Assembly (NCBI GenBank): GCA_965112155.1
Contig: OZ218101.1
Length of the DNA stretch: 64,000 nt
Source of the DNA: Podarcis liolepis
Taxonomy: Eukaryota
Strand: one strand, 5' to 3'
In this document: positions 1 to 11,241 of the stretch, piece after piece
How the letters are laid out: each line of letters starts with the position of its first letter
Numbering within the stretch: position 1 is the first letter of the stretch
Notes under the pieces: model-generated
The model's database searches: none
Told to the model about the DNA's origin: nothing
The model's input: only the letters and a program-made list of their open reading frames with translations
Translations under genes and position numbers: made by a program

Positions 1-335
1 AATTCTCCAAAGATGAGGATGAATGGGTTGCCACAACCTTTACTCTGAAGGTTGTGATCTGCTTTGTGCCTACAAATTTTGAAGTCACTTATTTATTATC
101 AAAATGTATTGGAAGTCTTGCAGCCCACAAAACCTGACAAAGAAGAGCAAAGAAAATAGTAGAAGGAAGCCGTACTGGCATTGTGTGTGTGTGTGTGTGA
201 GGGTCAAGCAGTGTCAGTTTTTTATGCTTATATTAATTGTCCATATGAGGGCAAAAAATAGCCTTCATTCACTGATGTTCCTCCAGTGATTACATGCTGC
301 CTCTGATCCTGAGCCATGAAGCTCTTTAGAAGATG

Positions 336-393
336 TAAGAATAAGAATAAGAATAAGAATAAGAATAAGAATAAGAATAAGAATAAGAAGAAT
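336..393. repeat. (AAGAAT)n microsatellite, the tail of the adjacent Rex1-like 3' end
   Basis: About 9 near-perfect TAAGAA units; explains the spurious KNKNKN/LFLFLF/ILILIL ORFs. Confidence 0.95.
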
Positions 394-439
394 ATCTTTA
401 TTGTCATTGCCCCCTTCGGGGACAACGAAATTACGAGTG
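394..439 (-). mobile_element. Extremely 5'-truncated Rex1/Babar-like LINE 3' end
   Basis: Minus strand reads AATTTCGTTGT-hairpin-CAATGACAATAAAG followed by a microsatellite, the same terminal pattern as the Rex1 copy at 60415-60480 (TTTCGTTGT...CAATGACAATAAA + (CTAT)n). Confidence 0.6.
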
Positions 440-1337
440 GGCAAGAGCAATTTCTTCCAAAATATTTTTGTATATATCATATACTCATGATGCAAATGAA
501 ATAGCACTTGCTGGTGATTGGTTTCAAAATCTTTCAGACGTTCATGAGGAAACATGAGTTATATCATTTATTCTTATAATCTTTTTTTTTGGGGGGGGGA
601 TGTTTTGCTGGGTAAAATAGCAATATTTATGTAGTGATGTGATTCTCCTTTTCCAAAGCCCCAAACTCTGACTTCAGACCAGCTATAGAGAATGGCTCCT
701 TAAACTATAAGAGACTAATATGCTTGTATTTTGGCTCATAAATGTGATACTTGCTATCATCATCTTAGATACAAATAAACAAAGAAGATTTACTCTTAAA
801 GATGAGAATCATTTCTTCTAAACTGTAGAGGTTACATTTACCTGCTATTGAAAATGAATGTGGAATTATCTAACATGGAGAACCTGGTACATTAGTGGAA
901 GTAATATTCCATTTCTCACATCCTGTTCATTCATGTAATGGGTACAATGGAGATATAATGGCCTCTAATAGCTTGAAGGGCTTTTCATGGTTTAATTATC
1001 TTGATGATATCATGCTATGGATTTCAGCATAAGTATTATAAAACGACATGGGAGATTATGACTTTGTCTATTAGGAGGTGCATTACATACCACACCATGC
1101 TTTTTGGCGTATAGTTTTGAGTCTATTTTTGCCTCTTCAATATAATATACAAGTAAATAGTTGGAACCAAGGCAGACAAAACCTAAAGTTCCAACTCTTA
1201 GCTGCTGCCCTTGGGCTTTTAGTAGCAGGTCCCTGGTGTTTCTGTGAGGGAACAATTCATTTCTTTATGCTACTGTTGCAAGGTTCCAATCCTTGCCAAA
1301 GGTGCCACACCAACAATCTTTCCTGTGTGGCAGATCT

Positions 1338-2063
1338 TTGCGTGTTCAGACCCAGAAACCTCCCCCTTAAATAAATTCACACAAGACTCAAATTTTGGTT
1401 TTGGTTTTTGGCAGAATTTAGGCCACAACTTTATTGATTACAGAAAAGTGAGTGGTTGCATAGGCTCTGGTTCAACTAGCTCCCTGCCATGCAGGTAGCG
1501 CTGACCCAGGGTTCCAGCATAGGTCAGCCAAGGGTGAACACCCGGATAAGCGGAAAGCTGGGAACGGGCTAACTCCGCCACCCAAATGGCCCCCTGGACT
1601 CAGGCACGGGCACAACCCCCTCTCAGCGGTTGACCAAACCATTGAGTCCCTGGATTCCTTTAACGGAATATCCTTCACATAGAGATGGTGAGAGCGTTCT
1701 CCCATCCCTATCACCTGAACCAGAGCCTGTCTGCAACCTTACAAGTTGTGACGATTTGCTACGCGGCAGGCGAAACCCAAATGGCACCAGCCAATCAGCC
1801 AAGTGGGGAAAATTCCGGCCGTGCCCCTGTCCCAACGACAGATGACACATGGCGGCATAGCAAGTTCAAGTGCAAAGCCCTAAAAGTAGGGAGAGGTGGG
1901 CGGGTGTTCCGAATGCATGCGCCGAAAGAGGAAGCTCTGGGTCAGACTGTGTCCCATTGGCCAGATTGCACCCAGCTTTGAGGGACCTACCAATCAGGTG
2001 TTGTGACTGACCAATCGTACCCACCCACAACACAGGGTGTCGGTTGTCCAGGTCTCACTGCAA
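1338..2063 (-). mobile_element. LTR-like repeat unit, copy 1 (solo LTR or DIRS/Ngaro-type terminal repeat; class unresolved)
   Basis: Shares ends (TTGCGTGTT...TGCAA) and identical internal islands (21 nt at 1649-1669, 34 nt at 1731-1764) with 60735-61438. AATAAA on minus strand at 1430-1435, CCAAT motifs near the other end, no clean TSD. Confidence 0.7.
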
Positions 2064-2560
2064 TACTTGCCCTCTTTAAGGAATGACCCAATTTGCCAAG
2101 TAAAGTGCTTTACACAGGGCTTAAAAAATATGGTTGGGAGGAGTTTGAAGCCGTAAGCAATAGGCTCTGTTCCATTGTAGTGCTGCTCCTTTGTGAGCTG
2201 CTTCCCGTCATGTAAGCGAAGCAAGCTGCTCATGAAGAAGCAATGACTGGCACCCTCCAGCTAGTGAGTGGTAAGATCATATCCTGTGCAGCACCTGCAA
2301 CCCACAGGATCGATGAGCTGATTCTGTGGGGTAGAGCATCAGGCAGGACGGAGAACCATGGCATTGGGTCTCTCTGCTCCTGGAAGCCATAGCCGCCATT
2401 CAGGTAGGTCTCAAACCATTCACATGGTTTTTCCACCCTGGTTCATTCAACCCAACTGTCTATGCCTGACTAGTCTTTCTGACTATGCCCAGTTTGGCTT
2501 AGTACTTGGCTGAATGTGGTGCACACCCTAATAAAAATACTAATGTCATAGGTTTGTAGG

Positions 2561-3132
2561 TGTTAGAATGTAATTAAGGCTCAGGCGTTAAAGCTGCGTA
2601 TCAAGCCCTCAAGAGTTGGAATATAATCAGATCCATGTGTGCATTTGATCTGCTTCTAATCCTTTAATTAGCATGTGTGAAAGCTAGGCAATTTAGCTAG
2701 GCAAACTTCCTAAATTGTGTATTGGACACCTCACTAATCCTTTGGAATCTACATGTGTTAGAAACTAATTAACTTAAATAATTTCCTTTTAGGTGTTAGC
2801 TTGGGATAATGGGTCATTAACACAACAAGAGGATCAAAGGGAATGGGGCCTCTGCCAGTGTTTCAAAAGGCCAGGGATTAGGCTAGAGAGAGAAAAGAAA
2901 CTGGGATGTAACTTGGAACAAGGCAAGGTTCAGGACATAGACACTCTCTTGGAATGCTGATGCTCTGAACCCCTCCACAGCAGGCTCAGGTTGTATAGAT
3001 GTGTAAATAAGCCATACATCATAAAGACACCTCAGTCTCCAATGTGCCACATTTCCAAAAGGAAACACAGACCTGGGGTAAAATGTACCTGGAATCTTGC
3101 ACTGCTCTGCATATTAGGGATGGCATGTAACA
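2561..3132 (+). mobile_element. Solo LTR, same family as the 51220-52300 host LTR
   Basis: TGTTA...TAACA ends; 2945-3130 aligns by eye with 51497-51590 plus 52179-52300; no clean TSD. Confidence 0.6.
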
Positions 3133-3809
3133 ATATTTAAATTATCCTGCAAAAATATACTACCACATGGGACTTGACTATTTATTTATTTATTTTTTGG
3201 TAATATAATCATTTTTGCATATATAATTTTACATGTAAATAATAATAAAACACCCATGAATCTGACAATGCATAGGTAGCTCAGACTTTAAAAAGAGCTT
3301 CATGCAAGAGCTTAAAGCAGATTCTTCCATCCCTACAACTTTGTTTCCTTCTAGAAGGGCTTTAAAGGCAACAAGTAGGGCAGAAAACATTTGCCTGAAA
3401 AGTGATGTGGCTTTAGATTTTAGCAATATATATAAACTAGGCGGTGATTTCTTTTTCCCAAGAACATGATTAGCCATAATTTGCCTGTTTGTACTATGAA
3501 ATTCTAGATGCTGAACTATTTCCTCTGGAGTCTAACAGCAAAATATTCCAAGTCAACCAGTGCTAATTATTCCATGATTAGTCTTCCAGTGTGACTTCTC
3601 AGCAATGTGACAGGACTGACAAGAGGAATTACACTACAGTATTGTTAAATATAAGGTTTCACTAGGAGCAAGACATTCAAAGTATATTTTGTCATAGGAG
3701 ATGGATGGATATTGTCACACAGCACGGGGTGAAATGCATGGCAAGATTTTGAAAGGCCTCAAGGTATTCTACTATACACCACTTACAGAGCTGAAAACTA
3801 CAAAGTGGG

Positions 3810-3835
3810 GTGTGTGTGTGTGTGTGTGTGTGTGT
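3810..3835. repeat. (GT)n microsatellite
   Basis: Direct reading. Confidence 0.9.
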
Positions 3836-4723
3836 ATGTATAATTATTTTCACTTTTGTCAATCTTGTATAAATATGTGAAATTAATAATATCTAAATTG
3901 TTGTGATTATTATAAAATAATTAAATAAGCTGTGATTATTATGTTGCAAATACATTTCAAAACCAAAGCATTCAGTGGATAAATAACACATAACAAGTTG
4001 AAACAGAATACTTTTATAAAGTACACATTCGGCTACAGGTTGTTCTTCATTTTACAAGCCCTATAAAACAGCAGCACTGTGGCCCATTCATGACAGTCTC
4101 AGAGGGCAGAATATGAAATAATTGTAGGACAGATACCAAGAATATGTTATTCCGTTGCTGCACAGATATGGCACACCAACAATATTATGAAAATGCTGAT
4201 AATGAGCAACTAGTCAAAACACTACCCAAGTCTAGTTGCCTTATATTTCAGATGATGAAAATTACCATCAACCATCAATGATATGGAGCTTAGTGGAAGA
4301 TGTATGTATACATTCATGTGGGGCAGGATAGCTTTCTTACTGTAACTGAGAAGGTCAGCTGTATTCTGGAGGTTACTGCAGATTAATGCTGAAGTAATCT
4401 GCAGAGGAAAGATGAAAGGGGTTGTACTACCATCTACATAAAAGAAGTTAAACTTTTAGAAGATCCAGTATAATGGGATCACTATTGAGCAATTCCTAGC
4501 TGTGCACTGAAAACACAGAAAACTCAAGCTTCAGAAGTACTGAAGAAGCGAGACCAGTTACTGTTTTCACTGTCAGAAAAAGGATCCTAGACTAGATGGG
4601 TCATGAAAAAAAGACTTCTAAAAAAATAACTATATTCTGAAAGGTTTGTCCCTAAATACAAGTGTGAAAATGAAAGAGAGAGAAAAATAAATAAAAAGTC
4701 CCTTTTGTGCAAAATCTTAAGTA

Positions 4724-5149
4724 CCGTATATACTCGAGTATAAGCCGACTTTTTCAGCACATTTTTTATGCTGAAAAAGCCCCCCTCAGCTTATACTTGA
4801 GTGAGGCAGGCAGCGGCGGCGGAGGGATGAAAGGCCCGAAAGGAGCCATTTCTCACCGCTGGTCCCACCACTGCCCGCCTCTCGCAAGGCCAGGAACAGG
4901 AGCTCTGTGCCTCTCCCAACCATGGCTCCTATGCCTACTCTTACGAGCGGCAGAAGCGCGGTGGAGGGATGAGCGGCCCAAAATGAGCCCTTTTGGGCTG
5001 CTTGCTCTTCCTCCGCCACTGCCACCACCACCAGGTTTGTGGTGTGGTGAACTGGCTTATACTCAAGTCAAGAAGTTTTCCCAGTTTTGGGTGCTAAAAT
5101 TAGGTGCCTCGGCTCATATCCGGGTCAACTTATTCTCGAGTATATACGG
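4724..5149. mobile_element. Tc1/mariner-superfamily (Tc2/pogo-like) MITE
   Basis: TIR CCGTATATACTCGAGTATAAG / CTTATTCTCGAGTATATACGG, flanked by TA at 4722-4723 and 5150-5151. Confidence 0.85.
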
Positions 5150-6319
5150 TAGAATTCTTTATTAGTATTTTTTTCACTTTTCACAAATGTGGTTTGAAAT
5201 TTAGGAGACAACTGTGCCTCACATTCCAAGAAGCAGAAGACTATTTAAGAAAATGACTGCCAACAGGATCCAATATTAGACATTTGTCCATCAGATCTGT
5301 GTAGAGAGGTTCTTTGGGCATCCGGTGAATGTGCCTTTTGAGGGTGTGGCATTATTACAGTTCTCCTCCTGAGTTACACACCAGCACTGGAATATCTGTA
5401 GAGAATTTCCATTAATACCAGCGTACATGTGTAGAGTGTTCTCTATAGACATTCTAGTGATTGTGTGTAGGTTAGAGTGGAGGCTGCTGCCACAATTCAG
5501 CAATCCACTCACAACCCACTAGTCCAAACACAGTCTCTATGTGGGAAACAACTTTTCAAAACACTTCAGAAACTTCCACTACTACAAAATGTGGTTGTTT
5601 GAAATAAAATAAAAAATAGACCATTCTGAAGCATCTGCACTGACTTACTTTTTCTGGGTCAGTTCAAAATGCTTTTGAAATAAACTGTTATGCAATTTTT
5701 CACAGATGACTGTGTATATGGATGAAGACATTTTCCTATTATTTCTCTGTAGATGTAATGTGTGAAGTTTCCCTCAGCCACGGTGACCCCTGAAGACATG
5801 TCTCTGAATGTGCAAAGTTCAGTTCCATCATGCTCACAGCACACTTTGCAGCAGCTGATCTCTCAGAGATTACACATTATTTCTTTGAATATTAATGAGC
5901 AAAGAAACACAATAAACTAGATTTCATTTCACAAGTCACTGGAAAGTTTATTTCAAGAGTCATCATTATTTTTTCTCAGTTTTGCTTAAGTCTTTGCTTT
6001 CAAAAGTGAATAATGGCTGAAATGGGTAAGTTATTGTTTTAAAAACATAATCTTGAGAGCTAAGGCATGAATATGCAGTAGATGATGTAGAAGCAAAACA
6101 ATAAAATTAAAACAAGCTGTCCGTGATTTTTCCATTGGCAATCTTCATAAAATGCCCATATGAAATAAATGATGCTGTCTTTTAGTTTGGAAAAATATAT
6201 ATGAAAATTCAACTCACTAACCTCTCCTTGGTCTTACATGTCACAAGCCCAGTTGTCCTTATACCCTAGGCAAGCTTTATTGATTCATCTCATTGCTTCT
6301 CAGTCAGCTGCTTCGATAT

Positions 6320-6545
6320 CCTCTGTTGCCCATAGTACTAGAACTTCAGGACATTCAATGAAACTGAATGTTGGAAGATTCTGGATAGACAAAAGGACTT
6401 CTTCACACAGCACATAATCAAACTATGGAATTCCCGCCCCCCAAGAAACAGTGATGGCCACTAACTTTGATACATAAGGCTATCAGTGGCTGCTAGCCAT
6501 AGTTACTATGTTGTGCTTCCACTGCTGGAGATAGTTTGCCTCTGA
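6320..6545 (+). mobile_element. Degenerate CR1 LINE 3' fragment
   Basis: GGACATTCAATGAAACTGAATGTTGGAAGATT...CTTCTTCACACAGCACATA...AAACTATGGAATT...GTGATGGCCAC matches the squamate CR1 ORF2 end/3'UTR pattern. Confidence 0.7.
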
Positions 6546-7139
6546 CTGCATTGCTACCTAGGACTGTGCTTACTCCCTGGCCATGAAGTTTTCCCATGAG
6601 CATTTCAGAAAGCACACTGCCTACTAAGATGCTGGTCAGTATTACATTTTTTAAAAAAACCAGTTTGTCCACTTCATAACAAGATTAAGAAAAGCCACCC
6701 CCCCACACACAATATTTTAATCAAAATTGTCCTATCTTGAAAGTCACACAAAAATGTCTGCTTTTTTCATTGTGTGTATGTGGAGCACTGTGTTAATACT
6801 GACGATGAATGGCCTCCACAGCCTATGACCATCAGCCTAGGATGCTGTTGTCTATTCTTCTCCACTTCACCACACCAGCCTCTACTGTTCATACTTTCTT
6901 CTGGCTAGTGCTTGGGAGGCTGAGAGACAGGGAAATTATATTTTAACTGATAATTTTCTCTCCTACTACAAGTGCTAAGGTGGCTGAGATGGCTACATAA
7001 TCATCAAAGAGTGGGCAGTGTTCTTCTTTTGGATACTGTCGGACTTTAATCAATTTGCCACAAGCTACCTTTGCATTTCAGGACATTTGACACCACTGTT
7101 TACTTCCCTCTCTCTTTGTCCACATCTGAAACTAACGCT

Positions 7140-7502
7140 CCATGAATCTGATGAAGCGAACTTTGGTTTACGAAAGCTTATACAGTGGTACCTCGGGTTA
7201 AAGTACTTAATTCGTTCCGGAGGTCCGTACTTAACCTGAAACTGTTCTTAACCTGAAGCACCACTTTAGCTAATGGGCCTCCTACTGCTGCCGTGCCGCG
7301 GGAGCCCAATTTCTGTTTTCATCCTGAAGCAAAGTTCTTAACTTGAAGCACTATTTCTGGGTTAGCGGAGTCTGTAACCTGAAGCATATGTAACCTGAAG
7401 CGTATGTAACCTGAGGTACCACTGTACTATGATAAATTAGTTAGCCTTTAAATTGCTATGAGACTCCTGCTTTTTTCTTTTTCTTTGCTGAAACAGATTA
7501 AC
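7140..7502 (+). mobile_element. Penelope-like element terminal fragment with hammerhead-like core, split by a MITE
   Basis: CTGATGAAG...ACGAAAGCTTA[MITE]...TAAATTAGTTAGCCTTTAAATTGC; related copy on the minus strand at 14548-14655. Confidence 0.65.
7183..7424 (+). mobile_element. Tigger/pogo-like MITE
   Basis: TIR CAGTGGTACCTC.GGTTA / TAACC.GAGGTACCACTG with TA on both sides; same family as 32366-32574 and 36677-36907. Confidence 0.9.
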
Positions 7503-8645
7503 ATAGTTTTTCCCCCTGACTATGTGATGGATATGACCAAAGCAATCTAAAGACATTAGAGAGAGAAAAACTGGCTGCAAATATCCACTTATTTATTTAA
7601 CTATTACATATCAATAAATATCAATAAATATTCCTTGGATGCTTACAACAGAGCAACATTATAAATGTGATACATCATACTTAAAATTAACAAGAAGTTG
7701 TGTGTGTTGCCAAAATTTACATGCAGTGGAGTCAAATATGCTGCTTTGGTTGCATCTTGTTACACCCGCACCACCCACCCACAGCCTTGCAAGGCCATAT
7801 TGTTAGAGCCTTGTGCATCTTTAGAACCTTTTCAACATTCAAGTCTTCTATTTCTTTGAAGAGGAGCTGTGCTGCAAAATCCTTGGCTAGCACAGTCAAA
7901 CTTTCTCTCATAAGAAGCTTATTCAAACAGAAGAGCCTATGTGCAAAACAAAACGTTATGCTGATGTTGTGGGCTTTATCAAAGTGTTGATAACATAGCA
8001 CTGTGCATTGGAAAACAAATGCATCTTTGAAACAGGATGGATTTCAGAACGTGAGCCCTTTTTTAAACACTGATTTGACAAAACAATGTAGGCACAAACA
8101 ATGTGCAGTGTGCAGCTGGTACAGCTGCCAGGGAAAAACAGGAAAGGCTGAACACTGGAGATCATGAATATTTAGCATTGTACAATTTGATGTTTATTAT
8201 ATTCCAAAATCACAAGCTTGTTGTTTGCTTTCTTTCCAGCTATTATTTCTTATGGAGGCAATGTAGCTTTCAGCATAAAATGTAATGCTAGCCAACTACT
8301 CACAAGAGGTTGTGCCAGTTTCTGTCTTTGAAGCAAACCTATGCACATGTATTTGAGAGAGAGTCCCTCTGGACCTAGTAGGATGTCGTTCTGTGACATG
8401 TTGACACAAGAAGTACAACAGGGGTGGGAAACTTCAGAGTCAGAACACCTCCCAGGCCTTGTCCCTCCTCAGTTCACAGTTCCTATCTCCAGGCTAGGCC
8501 TCTGAACAGTCCTCTGTGCCTCCCTTGAATGCTTTTGCCTGGCTGGGATGTGTCCGTTGAAAGAGAACTGAAATCCAGCGGTGATCTTCTGTTATCTCTT
8601 GTGCTTAGTCTATTTTATACAATGTATTTTACTAGCTCTCATACA

Positions 8646-8770
8646 AGGCTAGCCAATGTGGAGCCCTCATTTTTGAATTCCAACTGCCACCATGCCTGAC
8701 CATACAGACTGGGGCTGGTGGGAGCTGGAGCCCAATTACATATGGAGGTCACACATTGGCTACCTCTGCT
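8646..8770. mobile_element. Small hairpin-type MITE, degenerate; relatives at ~26060-26152, 31124-31285, 35520-35628, 36940-37092, 63808-63915
   Basis: Shared AGCCAA(C/T)...CAACTCCCATCAT.CC...GG.TG.TGGGAG.TG.AG...CATCTGGAGG...GTTGGCTACC pattern in several places. Confidence 0.5.
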
Positions 8771-9099
8771 TGGGTACAATAGTTTGCAGAAGGATACCAT
8801 GCAGAAGGATATCTGCTAATGGGTTCAAAAAATGCTGAGAGGTCTCACGAAACCAACAGGGACACACTTTTCTCCTCATGTTCCTGTCATAGATTCATAG
8901 AAGTGAATTATGCTGTCTCTGTCCAATAATGGAAACTAAAATCAGATTGAAATGGATCTATATAATCCATGTCAACTAGAAAAAGTTGGAAATGCGATGT
9001 TAATATGCATTCAGACATCTTGCCTGAAAGTGAATATCAGAGACTGGTCAGAAATGTTCAGTAAGATTCAGTGAGGGTTTTTAAAAAGCAAACAGAGGC

Positions 9100-9902
9100 T
9101 GTCATGGGCTCAGGGGCTGAGCCACAGGGGAAGGAGGAGATGGAGAGCGAAGGGGAACAATCTGAGGGGAGTTCAGGAGGGTATGCCAGTGATCAGAGAG
9201 ATTCCATGAGTCTCTCCAGTGAATCAGAGGATTCCCAGAAGGGGGCCCCCAAAGGCAGGGCAAGGGGGGCCAGTGGGGAGTCTCCAAGCGGCAGCTGGAA
9301 ATCAGGGATAGCTTCCCAACCAGAGCGTAGGGGGGGGGGAAAGAATCCCAAGGGTTAAAACAAGAGCCTCCTGCAGGAGGAGAGAGAGAGGCTGGACTGA
9401 CCACGCCTCCGTCAGAGAGTGGAGGGGCGGAGGGAAGAGCAGGTCCGGCCAGCCTCCCTGAAGGAGAAAGCAGTGGGGGGAGCAGTGTAGCCGTTAGGAG
9501 GAAAGTAGGCGGCTGGGCGCGTGCGCCAAGTTCAAATGTGGAGGCGCGCGGGCCAGCAGAAAACCAGGATTGGGAGCCAGGTCCTAAAGCCCGCCGGAAG
9601 GGTGGGGAGGAGTCAGAAGAATCCGCCTCCGAAGAGAGTAGGAAGGAGGTAACCCCAGAGGGCAGGAGGACCCGGAGGAGAAAGGAGCAGAAGGATAAGA
9701 GGAAAAGGTGGAGCAAAGCTCGGGTCTTGAACTGGTGTATGGGCGGGGAGGAGTCAGACGGAGCTTCGCCGGTCTAAGGACTCAGACGTAGCGCTGCGCG
9801 CCACGGATGTCAAACCAACAATGAACCACAATAAAGACTTTTGTTTATAAAGAGCATCTGGCGTTGGTCCTCTGTGAGCTAGGACCTGAGGCAGCGCTGA
9901 CA
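9100..9902 (+). mobile_element. Gypsy-type solo LTR, young (GC/CpG-rich)
   Basis: TGTCA...TGACA ends; 5-bp TSD GAGGC/GACGC (4/5); AATAAA at 9830-9835. Confidence 0.8.
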
Positions 9903-11064
9903 GACGCCTAAAACTCTCCCTAAAGATTAAACATCTCCATCTCACAAAAGGCATCAATCACTTTCCCCTGTCCACACAGCCAGTCTCCCTCTAGCAGGTT
10001 TTATGTGAGGAAGGACAGTGTCAAGCATCGTAGGTCCCAGTTCTCCAAGATTTCCATCCAATGAAAAGGTGGATTCTTAGGCCTGACAGACTGAATAAGT
10101 AGGCAGTGAATCTACAAACAATGAATCTGCAGTAATCATAGCATCCAAATCAGAATGGATATGAGTGATTTTTAAAGAGGTGGGGCAAGGAGTACCACTA
10201 CTGCCAGCTCTGACCTACAGTGTTGCATTATCATTATATTTAAGACATTACCATGTAAATTGGGTCTTAGTGAGATGCCTCTAACTTTCATAATTCACTT
10301 ATGATATAGAAATACTTATGATTAAGTGATATATAAATGCCTCTTAGATAACTCATTGGTGCAGAATATTAATCTCAGTGACTTGTTAAGAATTCCTCAA
10401 ATAAAAAGGTGAACTTTATGTCTGCTTCCCTCCAACTGATGCAGCAACCTGGTCATCTTCAGCTCAGGTTTTAATCTGAGCTAGAGGAGGACACTATTCC
10501 TCCATACCACCCAACCACACTTGCCTCCAATCCTTCCCTCCTATCAACTCCTTTACCTTGTGCCTGCAGTTGTTCCTCCAACTCTAGTAGTGGAAGGGAA
10601 GGGGTACCACTTTTCTCTCACTCTCCTCATCCCCTGGCGCCTGATTGGTGCCAGTGCTGCTACAGCAACAGGTAGTGTGTCAGAACTGCCTCAAAATGTA
10701 GCTTTGTAAGCATCCTGATATTGGTTACCTTTGGGGAAATTTCTTTCTTTTGACATCTGGCATATCACCATATTACCAATAGGCAGTGGGCATGAGAAGA
10801 GACTTCTTTCCCCTTTTCTGCCAAGCAGGTGGTTGGATGTGTAGATGCTGGAGGACACACGGCTGGGTAAGAAGGCAAGCTTACAGGCAAGGGGATTGGG
10901 AAGTTTTAAGGTAGCTAGGAAGGGGTCAAGCCCTATTGTGATACCAATTGGCAGTGGGATGGAGTTTGTTTTATGACAGATTGACTCAGAATAAGAAGAG
11001 GTGATTTGTAATTTTGTTCAGGAAATTCCTCAGATTATTACTCATCAGTTAAAAGATAACTCAA

Positions 11065-11241
11065 CACCCTGCTTTAAGTGGGACATCTTGGAATTACAGA
11101 AGCCATTCTGGCTTCTGATTGGATCCTGGAATGTCCCATTTTTTTGTCCGGTACTCTGGCATGAGTCAGCTGACTCCCATGAGAGCTCGGGACCAAAAAA
11201 CGAGTGTCCTGATTATGATTAGTGGGGTGTTGGAAGGTATG
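11065..11241. mobile_element. DNA-transposon MITE fragment related to 29455-29800 and 37890-37972
   Basis: Shared GGAATTAC.GAAGCCA...TCTGATT.GATCC.GGAATGTC core and TGTTGGA.GGTATG end. Confidence 0.55.

Noticed and set aside
228-555. ORFs with poly-LF, poly-IL or poly-KN tracts
   Set aside because: Translations of the (AAGAAT)n microsatellite
2064-2140. LPSLRNDPICQVKCF resembling a DIRS tyrosine-recombinase CPV motif next to the LTR-like unit
   Set aside because: Too short, no catalytic R-H-R-Y motifs recoverable, and on the opposite strand to the unit
4707-5165. 152-aa ORF
   Set aside because: Spans a GC-rich MITE; no transposase or other recognisable motif
9102-9716. 204-aa minus-strand Pro/Ser/Leu-rich ORF
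   Set aside because: Antisense shadow of purine-rich LTR sequence; non-ATG start and opposite to the LTR poly(A) signal
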